Assembly (NCBI GenBank): GCA_905178155.1
Contig: CAJINV010000012.1
Coordinates: 988,004-1,052,003, forward strand
Reading direction: 5' to 3'
Source of the DNA: Amoebophrya sp. A120
Lineage: Eukaryota; Protista; Dinoflagellata
Length of the DNA stretch: 64,000 bases
Every line of letters starts with the position of its first letter. Positions within the stretch are counted from its first letter, which is position 1. This document shows positions 51,501-61,766 of the stretch, piece by piece. The position numbers and the translations under genes are program-made. A model generated the notes under the pieces. The model saw only the letters and a program-made list of their open reading frames with translations, was not told the origin of the DNA and searched no databases.

Positions 51501-52397
51501 CCTGATTCTCTCACGTGGTCGTTGGCCTTTTGTATCGCCGTCGGAAAGGCTTTTATCATATCCTGCGCAAAAGCATCGTACTCGTAGTAATCGCAGTCAT
51601 GCATTACAAATTTCCATCCCAAGGTAAAACAGCATGACAAATTCCATTGTTCATGCTGAGCTAATTTGTATTGCAATAACTACTAGTAGTACCAGTACGA
51701 TACTTTTGCAGTTCATATATCAAAGCGGACTGCAGCATTGGATTCACTATCAAATGTAAAAGTGTCTGGGTCTGGAAACTTGTGAAGCTGGGTGGCGTCT
51801 CATGATGAGGCTACAGATGCTGGCTCAGCATGACAAGTTTCTGACCTCCTAGGTATTGCCTATTCTGCATGACAAACTGCGCTTCCGTATCACAGAAAAG
51901 CGGAGCTCTTGGGTAACGTGCGTGACAGATTTAAGAGTCATGCCAGACAAGCATGACAAACATGAATTCTTCCAGACCCAGACATTTTTACAGTTGATAT
52001 TCACCACCGGGTCGATCATTCTGGAGAAGACCGGGAGGGTAAACTTCGAGAGAAACGGAAATTTGTCAAAGAAAAGTAAGGTGGCGACCGTCAGGAGAAA
52101 AAGGGTTAATGTGAAGGTAAACTGCTGAAAAACCGCGCCGAGTTCTATCCAGGAAAAAACACCCACTCCCATCCAATTTGTCATGCAAAGCATGCATAAG
52201 TTGCAGTGTTTGTCATGCAAAAAATGGATGGGGATGGGGGTCTTTCCCTGGATAAGTTCCAGTGTAGTACTATCTGCGCCATAATCTCCTGCAGTAGACC
52301 TCGTCCCGGAGAGGAGTTCTGCTTGAGATGAAAACAACATCCCGTGGTTTTCACCAGGTGTGCCTGCAGAAGAGGCAAGACTCACGTCGGAGGCCAT
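48577..52397 (-). CDS. Hypothetical membrane-anchored protein; 10 introner introns
   Basis: Exons join with element +5 removal (TLEL|GAVF, PVVN|PMLQSALI|KAFP, EER|VKNY, NKD|PKEF, EMR|SKMS); TM segment FTFTLTLFLLTVATLLFF. Confidence 0.75.
48714..48876. mobile_element. Introner, family B (left end TGT)
   Basis: tgtccagtgcaaaagcatcgcact ... tttttgcaatgcata; DR ccaaa/ccgta. Confidence 0.85.
48928..49208. mobile_element. Introner, family C
   Basis: Family C TIRs; DR aacgc/aatgc. Confidence 0.92.
49325..49484. mobile_element. Introner, family B
   Basis: Family B TIRs; perfect DR tgaga. Confidence 0.93.
49631..49887. mobile_element. Introner, family A (young subfamily)
   Basis: Family A TIRs; perfect DR cgcat. 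Confidence 0.95.
49965..50269. mobile_element. Introner, family C
   Basis: tatcccaaggaaaaacgtcccca ... tggggacatttctgatacacaggata; DR ggctt/tcctt. Confidence 0.85.
50889..51041. mobile_element. Introner, family B
   Basis: Family B TIRs; perfect DR tctct. Confidence 0.95.
51213..51491. mobile_element. Introner, family C
   Basis: tatcctgagtaaaaacgtccccacaccagagt ... actctggtgtggggacgtttttaatcaggata; perfect DR tgtct. Confidence 0.96.
51559..51717. mobile_element. Introner, family B, reverse orientation
   Basis: tatcctgcgcaaaagcatcgtact ... agtacgatacttttgcagttcata; perfect DR tatca. Confidence 0.95.
51748..51999. mobile_element. Introner, family A (relative of 25908-26164)
   Basis: Family A TIRs; perfect DR ttcac. 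Confidence 0.95.
52146..52254. mobile_element. Introner, family F (109 bp, smallest)
   Basis: tatccaggaaaaaacacccactcccatcca ... tggatggggatgggggtctttccctggata; perfect DR agttc. Confidence 0.92.
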
Positions 52398-52416
52398 GAT
52401 TGTGGACCTGCTTGTA

Positions 52417-52679
52417 TATCAAATGCAAAAGTGTCTGGGTCTGGTTAGAATGCAACTTGTGATGCTGCGTTTGGATTCCAAAAAAATCTGTACTGCATGA
52501 GCAGCAAAGGGAATGCGATTTGTGCTACGCGGGGAGTGCATTTGTCATGCGGAGTAGACATCAAGATGCCCTTAAAACGTCTGCGATGCTACGGCATGCA
52601 TCACAGACGTCATGGCTCACGCAAAACGTGCATCACAAGTCTCAGAATCTTCCAGACCCAGACACTTTTGCAATTCATA
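52417..52679. mobile_element. Introner-type element, family A, probably in 5' UTR
   Basis: Family A TIRs; 4-bp DR tgta; ~20 nt upstream of ATG 52397. Confidence 0.9.
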
Positions 52680-53839
52680 TGTAGTCAGAAGCTGTGGTCT
52701 CTCTACTTCGGCATCGTGGTGTCCATCCTCAGACAGGAGTTAAATTTTACGGTAGTTTAAGTTTTGAAAGATGATACTCCCTATAAAAAGCGAGGGAAAA
52801 GAATAGCATTTGCAAGCTGTCGCTTTGAATATATCTGCCAAGCTACCACTGAGCAGGAAGAAACAAAACAAAATAAGTAGGTGGGTCGCCGTCGCGAGTG
52901 GTTTAATAGAGAAAACAAGGAAACTTCTGTGCTGACACCGAGACTGCCAACACCGGAATAAACGGGAGATATTTATTCGAAATCATGACGGACTGATAGA
53001 CTTCTGTTTAATATATAATATCTACGCGCAGGAGGAGGCGGGAACGAATATAGTAAATCTAGCATTGCTTTGCATCGAACTATGTTGTACTGAATAGTTA
53101 AGTGCGAAGTACTTCAAGCGGCTTTATTCGAGCAACAAGATCAATAAAATTCTCATGGGAGTGGTCCTGCGAGCCAAAAACTGCAGAGCTTGATACAATG
53201 GAAAACATAGGATCAGAATCCGACGGCAGGAAATCCAAATGATCCTGGCGCCTCCTCAACTATCACACGAATCGGATCTCAGTCGCTGTTCAGGAACTCA
53301 GGAACGTTTAGAAAAGGAGAAAAATTGAACCGACTGAATGTTGCTGTTGGTATAGTACTCTTCTTGACCTAGGAACACGAACACGGCTCGTCCCCGCAGG
53401 CTTTCGCTTTGACTTTGTCGCTACAATAGCGACCCTGAAATTGGCGGACGGCACCATGGCGGGCTTTTCTAAAGTGCCTGCCACTGCCAGGAGGTCCGAA
53501 TATAATTACACCAGCTTTACTTCGTCACATCACTTTTGAAGAGGCTTCTGCTCTTTGAAATCAAGTTCAAGAGGAAAGACGTGATCAGGCAGGTTTTCAT
53601 TTTTCTCTGAGAAGGTAGTAGAGAAAGAGATTCAACAATCGGCGGAAAAATTTCTTCCTCCACTGGTCGTGTTTCGTTACCGAAGGACTCATCAAAGTGT
53701 TGCCTTCAGCGAGGAAAATGTAGTAAGTACTTACAACTACCCTGTAGCTGCACTATTACGCCGATGAAAGAGGTCCTGCAGGAGCACGTTGTGATCTACT
53801 ACTGGTCGGGTCGAAGAAGTAGATCAAGCACATTGTGAT

Positions 53840-56800
53840 CTACTCTAGCACATCCGGCACCTTCCCTGATTTCCCCATCTTTTGCTCTGCTTTCTTGGGC
53901 GGGAGCTCGAGGCTTTCTTCCATGGATTTCTTGAAATCAAAATCCTCCTCCTCTTCCTCGCCTATTTCCACTTCCACGGACTGAAAATCCTCCCCAACCC
54001 CGATCTGCTGCCCCGACATCTGTATCCCGCCGGACTTGTCTCCCGTGTCTTGCGACTCGAGCTGCTGGGAATAGGCCATCTGCACCGATCGCTCGCTCGG
54101 ACGCCAGAGGTACATGATGACGGTGAGGAGGAAAGCGAAGCAAACGTGGGACAAAACGTCGGTGAAAATGTACCTTTTAACATTAAAGAAGGTTATTTTC
54201 GATTTGTCCTGCGGCTCCTCAACAAGAACGGCTAAGTATAAATACGGGGAGAATGATTTTTACTCTTCTCGTGCCCTCCCCGTGGAGGAACACTGAAAGA
54301 CTACCTAAGACATTCGTAGTCAGCTCCACACAACACAAAGACAAACTTATTCGCTTCTATTTCTAGTACAGTAAGTCGGCTGTACCTGGTCCGCCAATTC
54401 TGCGCCAATTCCGTCCGCCTGACCACAATTGTCTCGTACCCAACGAGCGCCATCGCGATGCCGACCACCAGCACCAGTGCGAGCCGCAGATTTTGGTACA
54501 CTTCTGCCTTCACCATCTGCCGACTGTTTATGCATTGCAAAAATGTCTGGGTCTGGAAGAATGCAGGACTTGTCATGCTTGTTTGGCATGACTCTTAGAT
54601 CTGTGATGCGTAAGCAGGACCGGGGCCTCTTGCCTGTCATCTTTCTTCTTCTTCTTGGAAACTGTCATGCTATGGCTGCGTATAGTATTGCGCCCACTAA
54701 GTATTCACAGACTTGCATCACAAGTTTCCAGACCCAGACATATTTGCAGTTGATACTGTTGTTCAGATACCCAATCGTTTCCTGCAAGGCGTGCAGAATC
54801 CACACGTAGATCAGGGAGACGAAAAAGGAACCCGGTGTCTATGCATTGCAAAAACATGGTCTGGGTCTGGAAGACGAGTCCAAGGCTTGTCATGCTAGTC
54901 TGGCAGGGCACTGAGCTCTGTATTGCGCGGCCACGAAGAGCTCCGCTTTTCTGTCATGCAAAAATAACTCAGTTTCTCATGCGAAATACGCAACACAAAG
55001 CTGCGGAAAAGTCTGTCATGCTTGGCGGTGCACTACAGTCGTGTTCTTACTATTCACTGAGACGCATCACAAGTTTCCAGAACCAGACATATTTGCATGG
55101 GGTAGGGTCACGAGTAAAATGATTTTCCACGTATCCTGCACTCCGACAACTCTGTTATCCTGTGCAAAAGTATCGCACTCGTAGTTGTAATCGCAGTCAT
55201 GCATTACAAATCTCTTTCTTAAACCTAAATCCGCATTACATATTTCGTTTCTCATGCTGAGAGAATTTGTCATGCGATTTCTACTTAGTGCGATGCTTTT
55301 GCCATTTATATCTGTCCTGCATCAACAGTGCCATCTGCCGGATCCCGTCGGCGAAAATGAATGCACCGACTAGAAGGAGGACCTGGGTCAAGGTTTAATT
55401 TATTTCCTTTCTCTCATTATACAGCTGAAATGTCACTCTATACAAATCTGCTCTGATGCAGGGTTGATGTACCGGAGCACTTCCTGCACTTTATTCAAAG
55501 TGGTATCTTCCTAATCCTATATGGCCGAAAGATTGGTTATGCATCACAAACAGTATATATACCTTTGCCGTGATTTTGCCGTCCAATCTTGGCGCCGTTA
55601 CTCCCAATCCCAAGCAGGCCAGTAACAAAACCCCGTAGCTCAGCCCCTGTTTGGTCACTGTTCCAAAGGAGGCGAGGGCCATCATGGACCACCATCGGTG
55701 ACCAAGGTAATTCCAGTGGAAGAGCGAGATGTACCTGATAAAATTTGTTGCGTTTTCACGAGGAGAGAAGCTTGTTCTCCACACCATGCATGAAGCGATT
55801 GCACGAACGCAAAAGAAGAAATTAATTTGTCCATGCATTTTTACGATTGTTCGAAATCAAAAGTCACTGTTTTCATGCAAACAACTGTCTCAAAAAACCA
55901 GTTTATTACCAGCACGCCGCTTCTATCAGACCGGCGATAATGGCCACGGTGATGAAGTGGTGAATTTTGAAGAGCACATCCGACCACTTGTGGCACCAGA
56001 CGCCCTTATGCACTGCAAAAGTATCGCACTTGTACTACAAGTGCGATACGAAGGGCGAAATGCGGATTTACCTTTAGAAATGAATTTGTAATGCATGATT
56101 GCAATCACTACAAGTTGTAGTGATTGCAATCATGCATTACAAATTCATTTCTAAAGGTAAATCCGCATTACAAATTTGGTTTCTCATGCTGAGGGAGTTT
56201 GTCATGCATTTATACGAGTACGATACTTTTGCAGTTCATAGCCCCAGACGACCAGCAACCCAAGGTAGAGGAACATCAGGTAGAGGTTATCCCGTGTAAA
56301 AATGTCCCCACCCCATGGTCATCAAGCTGGGAATTCTGCTAGACAAATCGACAAGCCTTGGCTGTTGCGCATGACAAGTTTGGGCCCGCAAGGTGCTAGT
56401 CGTGTTTAGCTAGCGCAGCAGCTACTTCACAGATCGGGCACATTATGCTGATTGGAGCATCACAAAACTCAAAACACCACTAGAAAATGCTTCTCATGGG
56501 TCTCCGCATGAGAAACATTTTGAACATGCAGATTTGCATTACAACTCTGGTGGAAAGAGACGTTTTTACACGGGATAGAGGTAGAAACTCAGTTTCGGCA
56601 GTTCCTCCCCGGGCAGATACCCCTTCGACGATATCGTCGAAAGTTCCCCGGAAACAAAAGCCGGCATGGTACTCCCATCCTTCTCGTTGCAGTTAGTCTG
56701 CAAAATATAGTACAGCCCCCCGGTGGGCGGTTTGAAGACGGTAAAATCTCGCTGATAGGTCTATAACCCGCTCAGGTGTTACAATCTCAAACGCTGCAAT

Positions 56801-59262
56801 AGACGAGTCTGCGCCTTGTCTTGCATAATGAGCGTGACAGACTCGCAGAGCGTTCCACTTTCTGCAATACAAATTTCGCCAGATAATTGTAGTGCGGGTT
56901 GGGACCACTCCAGAACTTGTCATGCGCAATCCTATAGGAGTAGAAACTGGATCATGCACTTCTTGCATCACAGATTTCCATATTCTGTTCCTGTTGTAAC
57001 GTTTGAAATTGTAACATCTGAGCAAGCCATAAGGTCGAAGCCGTGGACATGTCCCAAACGTGCACATCCTTATCCTGTGCAAAAGTATCGCACTCGTAGT
57101 ATTAATTGCAATCATGCATTACAAATCTCCTTCCCAAGGTAAAACAGCATGACAATTTTCATTTCTCATGCTGAGTAAATTTGTCATGCGATTTATATAA
57201 TAGAACTATAGAATTTTTACTCGGATTTTTCGCCCTTATAGATTAGAGGGGCGCCCTTAGAAAATGAATTCTAGAAAAGAAGGCATCTAGAGCGCATTCC
57301 CCTGAGCTATTCCTTAGGGGATAGCCCTAGGAGATAGCCCTAGGGGATGGCCTTAGGAAGGTTGACTAGACGGCACACATAGAAACGCTGCAAGCGCAGC
57401 CGGTCGGTAAGCAGTTTATTTGCAACATGAGATGTTTCACTCTGCAACGCAGGCCGCAAGGATTTGCGAGGGCAGGCGGCACCCTGCAGCGCAGGTCGCA
57501 ACTTGCAACGGTAGCCGGACAGGTGTTGCCGACAGCCCTTGCGGCCTGCGCGGCAAGTGGCTGCCCGCGCGGGCGGCGGTGCTTGCGGGTTCCGGCAGCT
57601 TGGTTGCCTGGCAAAGACAGGCGAAGTAACGCGCGTCGCAAAAAGAACAAGACCCCGCAGAGTTTCCTACGGGCCCCGAGGCCCAAGGAAATCGAAAAAA
57701 GCGGAAAAAACGCCAGGCCGGCTTTTAGCAGGCCTATTCTGGCTTGCTACCCCCAAACACCGGCCCCGTTTTGGGGGGGGTAGGGGGGGGGCGCCAGAAC
57801 GTAGCAAAACGAAACGGGGGCGGGAGCGCCCCCCGGGCCTCAGGCAAATTAACACCATCCAAAAATCTCTGGGGGTATATCTGGGGATATATCTGGGGAA
57901 ATATCTGGGGAAATATCTCGGGATATATCTGGGGATATATAAATCTGGGGATATATCTGGGGGTATGTCTGACTGGGGATATGTCTGGGGATATGTCTGG
58001 GGATATATCTGGGGAGATATCTGGGGAGATATCTGGGGAGATCTCTGGGGAGATCTCTGGGGACATATCTGGGGAGATAGTATCTGGGGACATATCTGGG
58101 GAGAAAAGAAAAGGAGGGCGCCTGCATTCTGAAGAAAGCGAGCGGCACTGGGGGGGACAAAAATCCTGCATGTGGTTGGCCTTCTCGCAGGCGGGAAATA
58201 GCACAACAATAGCGCTTCTCTGCTCCGATTTCCCGCCCTTATAGATTCGGCGGCTGGGCTTTCGATAGAAGTTATAGTAAGAGTGGAGGGCGTGACGCTG
58301 CGAATTTCTTTGCCTTCTAGAGGCCTCGCTTGGAGGGCTTTGCTAGATCACGGCCTCGGTCGCTGGCTTAGAAAGCGCTGCGGGTGATTCTTTGTAGAAG
58401 TCAGACAGCCCAAGAAAGGGGAAGCAGGCCAAGGCCAGCGGCCGGGCTGGGACGGGGCAGAAGCCCAGGAAACGAAGGCGGGCGCGTCCGTTTCTAATGC
58501 GGGCCGCTACTAGTGAAGGGCGTCACTAGCAAGCGCGGGCCCGTTTTGTCATGCTACTCGAAACCGCCTAGAGGGCTCCTGCTAGTGGCCGCGTCTCCGC
58601 TAGCAGATAAGATCCACAATCGGGCGACTCTGTCGCCGAATTTGTTCCGCTAGCGTTTCGCGATAGTTTTTTGATTTTAGATTTACTAGGCGACCTATCG
58701 CCGGCGTCCTGGACGCCGGCGTAGTAGTCTAGTACTAGTACGATACTTTTGCAATTCATAATCCTTGCCCAGATTCAATTTGCCGCCCTCGCAAAACTGC
58801 TCGCCCTGGGACAGCTGTGATGGGACGATGAATTTTGGCATGCTAAAACGATAAGGAATCAGTAGTACGACCGCAACGACAGTGAAACAAAATCAAAAAT
58901 CATTGGTGCATGTCAAGATCAAAATCAAGATACACATAGACAAACGAGGACCCAGACAAGTTTATAAGAAGTACCTTCGCCAACCGCGCATGTGGGACCA
59001 CCGCTAGCCCCAAGCCCGGCGGTGGGGTTCCCCCGGAGAGTCTTACCGGGCCGACGAGCGAAATTTCCGTCGGGTATTTCGTATTCACGGTGACAAAGTG
59101 AACCACTTCCAAGGTTTTCGAGGGTGGAAAGGAGGAAAACCTGTCCAGCCAGGTGCGCTCTGCGTTGGCGACGTCTATTCCCGAGAAAAGTAGGCAAGCA
59201 AGCAAAAAGAACGGTGGGACGAATAAGGACGTCGACATCATCTTTTTCGTGGGCGAAACCAT
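53840..59262 (-). CDS. TMEM87/GPR107-like (GOST, Lung_7-TM_R) seven-TM protein; 7 introner introns + 4 GT-AG introns (54174-54385, 55383-55562, 55735-55909, 58815-58974)
   Basis: Signal peptide; GYLPGEELPKLSFYL, LFKIHHFIT, LLLACLGLGVTAPRL, VWILHALQETI...RQMVKAEVY, VIMYLWRPSERS motifs. Confidence 0.85.
54529..54755. mobile_element. Introner, family A
   Basis: Family A TIRs; perfect DR ctgtt. Confidence 0.95.
54840..55104. mobile_element. Introner, family A
   Basis: Family A TIRs, right end GTA; DR gtgtc/gggtc. Confidence 0.9.
55156..55310. mobile_element. Introner, family B, reverse orientation
   Basis: Family B TIRs; perfect DR tctgt. Confidence 0.93.
56007..56240. mobile_element. Introner, family B, fold-back derivative
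   Basis: DR gccct/gcccc; internal perfect palindrome 56059-56169. Confidence 0.92.
56059..56169. repeat. Perfect inverted repeat, 55-bp arms, 1-nt spacer
   Basis: aatgcggatttacc...caatcactacaa g ttgtagtgattg...ggtaaatccgcatt, centre 56114. Confidence 0.95.
56288..56577. mobile_element. Introner, family C
   Basis: tatcccgtgtaaaaatgtc ... gacgtttttacacgggata; perfect DR gaggt. Confidence 0.95.
56762..57031. mobile_element. Introner, family D-like
   Basis: tataacccgctcaggtgttacaatctcaaacg ... cgtttgaaattgtaacatctgagcaagccata; perfect DR aggtc. Confidence 0.93.
57196..58732 (+). mobile_element. Non-autonomous Helitron-like element
   Basis: GC hairpin cgccggcgtcc-t-ggacgccggcg (58699-58721) just upstream of terminal CTAG (58729-58732); inserted at A|T without TSD (empty site gcgattta|tactagtacgatac matches family B); 5' end TA rather than canonical TC. 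Confidence 0.65.
57865..58103. repeat. 12-bp minisatellite (~20 x GATATATCTGGG variants)
   Basis: Tandem atatctgggg units directly visible. Confidence 0.95.
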
Positions 59263-61766
59263 GATGATTTATTTCCTTTCGCTTTCTGTTTATTACTGGT
59301 CGTGAGCCGCTAAAAATACGCCACTCCACGACTCGTCCTTGTTACAATGGACTGCAAGAAAAATCGGTAGAACAATTGTAGCATCGAGCTCATGGCAATG
59401 GTTTGATAAAAGCATGCAGCCGTGTCAGATGGTAATGGTTTGATAAAGATGCCATCGTGTTTAATAATTAAACAGCAGAAAACGGCTGCTGATGCAGGGC
59501 GGCGCAGGCCAATTAGGCCACACATCACTTGTGTTGACCGCAAAAGGACGATCAGCAAACCCGCCAAACAGAAGATGAAAACGACGACATCCGAAGACCT
59601 CAGGGCAGCTACACCGATTGTGCGAAAAGCTGCCGCACAAGCACTTAACGATCGAGCTCACAGAAGTTCGTGGCAATGAAGAAAACCAAAACGAAAACAC
59701 GAAAAATGTCTTCAGCGCGACAGTTCTTGCACCTGTTGGAACAAATACCATGATGAAGGATCTACTGCACTGAACAGAAACAACTGCCACATCAGAGTGA
59801 TGAAATACGGGGAAGAAGAACATCGTCCGCTGTTGTACATTCTGCAAACAACTCACCTATCCGTTCGAAAAAGGACCGAATGATCACACACCCCGGCTTC
59901 TAGGTGGCTTACTTACTTAATTGATCGCGTTGTTTATAATCTTGCGTACCTTTGTACTCGACGTCGTGATATTGTTCACAATTCTGTCGCTGTTTCGCAT
60001 GATCACATGGTTCATTTTTAAAAGTTCAACACGGTCGAGATTTACAGGAACTACTCGATTCGGTATTTCCGGTGTCCTATCCTTTGAAATTTGTATGTAA
60101 ATCGTATACAAATTGAAATTATCCGGTGTTGCTCTTCCTAGTACCGGCTAGGAACACTTGCTCGCATATCTTTCGACCGCGTCATTTGTAAGCCGTGGAC
60201 AAATCAGGTTTCGAAAGCCCCCAAGAATCCGACTTATTATGTTCTTGTCGTCGTACGTATCCGTATTATGCATCGCATGAAGTTGTACCACTCTGCCACG
60301 TCCTGGCTCAGCTGAAAATTATGCGCTGAAAATTTTGCTAGCGACTACTGGTGCTGTTCCTGTTTGTCCGTCGTAAAGATTAAGTAAAAAAAACCCCTGA
60401 AATTATCGCGAGCAGCTTTGCTCGGATCATTTTTTCGTATCGTATGAATCATTGAATGAAATGTAGCATGATAGCCTGTAAGTAGGCTTGTTGATGTAGT
60501 TTGTGGTGCTAAGTATACCAAAGCACTATTCAGAGCTAGAGCTTACTACTTGGTGATGTCAAAATGGATTGGGTTTCTTGCAAGCCGACGTCAGTTGTAT
60601 TTTCGTTTCCCTTTTATTCCTTCCAAGCCGTAGCATATCGCAGGATAGCAGCTCCTTCCAAAAGTCAAGCCAGCTATATTCTAGCGCAAGTACCAGGCTC
60701 AAATATCCTCAACAAGAGACGTTTACCATACGCGGACGCGCTTCTTAAGAAAAGTCTCGCGATAACAAAAAACCTGGCTAAACTTCTACTGATGCTAGAA
60801 AATGAACTGCAAATGTATGAGAAAGACATAACTAGGTAGAAGTAGGTTAAACCTGCTGCAGTTCCAAGGTGGTTTTGTGGAAAAAAAAGGTTCTTGCTTG
60901 GTAGGTTCTTCCATGCCAGATGAACTACCGGAAAAATCACCAGACGTGCGGTTGCTTCTCTCTTGTCTTCTGGAGTGGAGGAAAAAAGGGCTCTAGTACA
61001 GCAGCTTGTGCTGCAAAAGGTATAAATCTAAGGAATTAGATAGAATTTTTCGTTGAGGCGAAGGAAAGCCGAGGATCTTCTTACCTTGTCAGCGACTAAG
61101 GCTAGTATCCTAACTTTTCCCAAGTACTACTACTAGATGATGTTGATGGGGCAAAAAATACGTCAATGTAAAGAAGAGAAAAAAGGCGGGCGCTTCTAGA
61201 TTTCTAGCCTAAAAGAAGGGTTGTAAGTACTGAGAACCATCTTCAAGGAGGTAGATATGCTAGCTATGTCGATCTGAATTCAGCTTATTTGGTCGCACTC
61301 GTAAAGGATTCCCAAAACAGTGGAGGTTCACCAAGCAGTAGCTTGCGATGCTGTGTAGTAAGATAGGCAAACTGCTTTGATGAAACCCGCTCTACATTAC
61401 TCGATGACCAAAAAAGGCTAAGGCTCAGCGTCCTTCAATCAATGTATGAAATTGAAATAGTAAGCATGCTGCACGCATGCTCATTTCTGCTTGTAAGACC
61501 GCCCAAAGAGCTGCGTTGTTTTGAAACGAAGTATATGAACAATCGCTTCAAGAACAACTTCAAGTCATCGTCTCCAAGGAGCGGTTTAGGTTTTGCATCA
61601 GCGGGAGAATGCCATTCAGATTCGAGTCCCGCCCGAGAAAAAGTCGTTCGTTGTATCACGTTTACTTGAATAAATTTGAATAATTCTAGTCGTGTGCGTG
61701 TGGTCGAGGACATAATTTCTACTCTACTTATTTTAGACGAAGATCATATATTGCTGCTGCTGCTTA

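Larger units (their letters stand above)
57071..58760. mobile_element. Introner, family B, expanded to 1.7 kb by a nested element
   Basis: tatcctgtgcaaaagtatcgcact ... agtacgatacttttgcaattcata; perfect DR atcct; in-frame join GKD|VHV. Confidence 0.92.

Noticed and set aside
57539-58244. ORFs with IWG/SPD/PQI repeats
   Set aside because: Artefacts of the stop-free 12-bp minisatellite inside an intron
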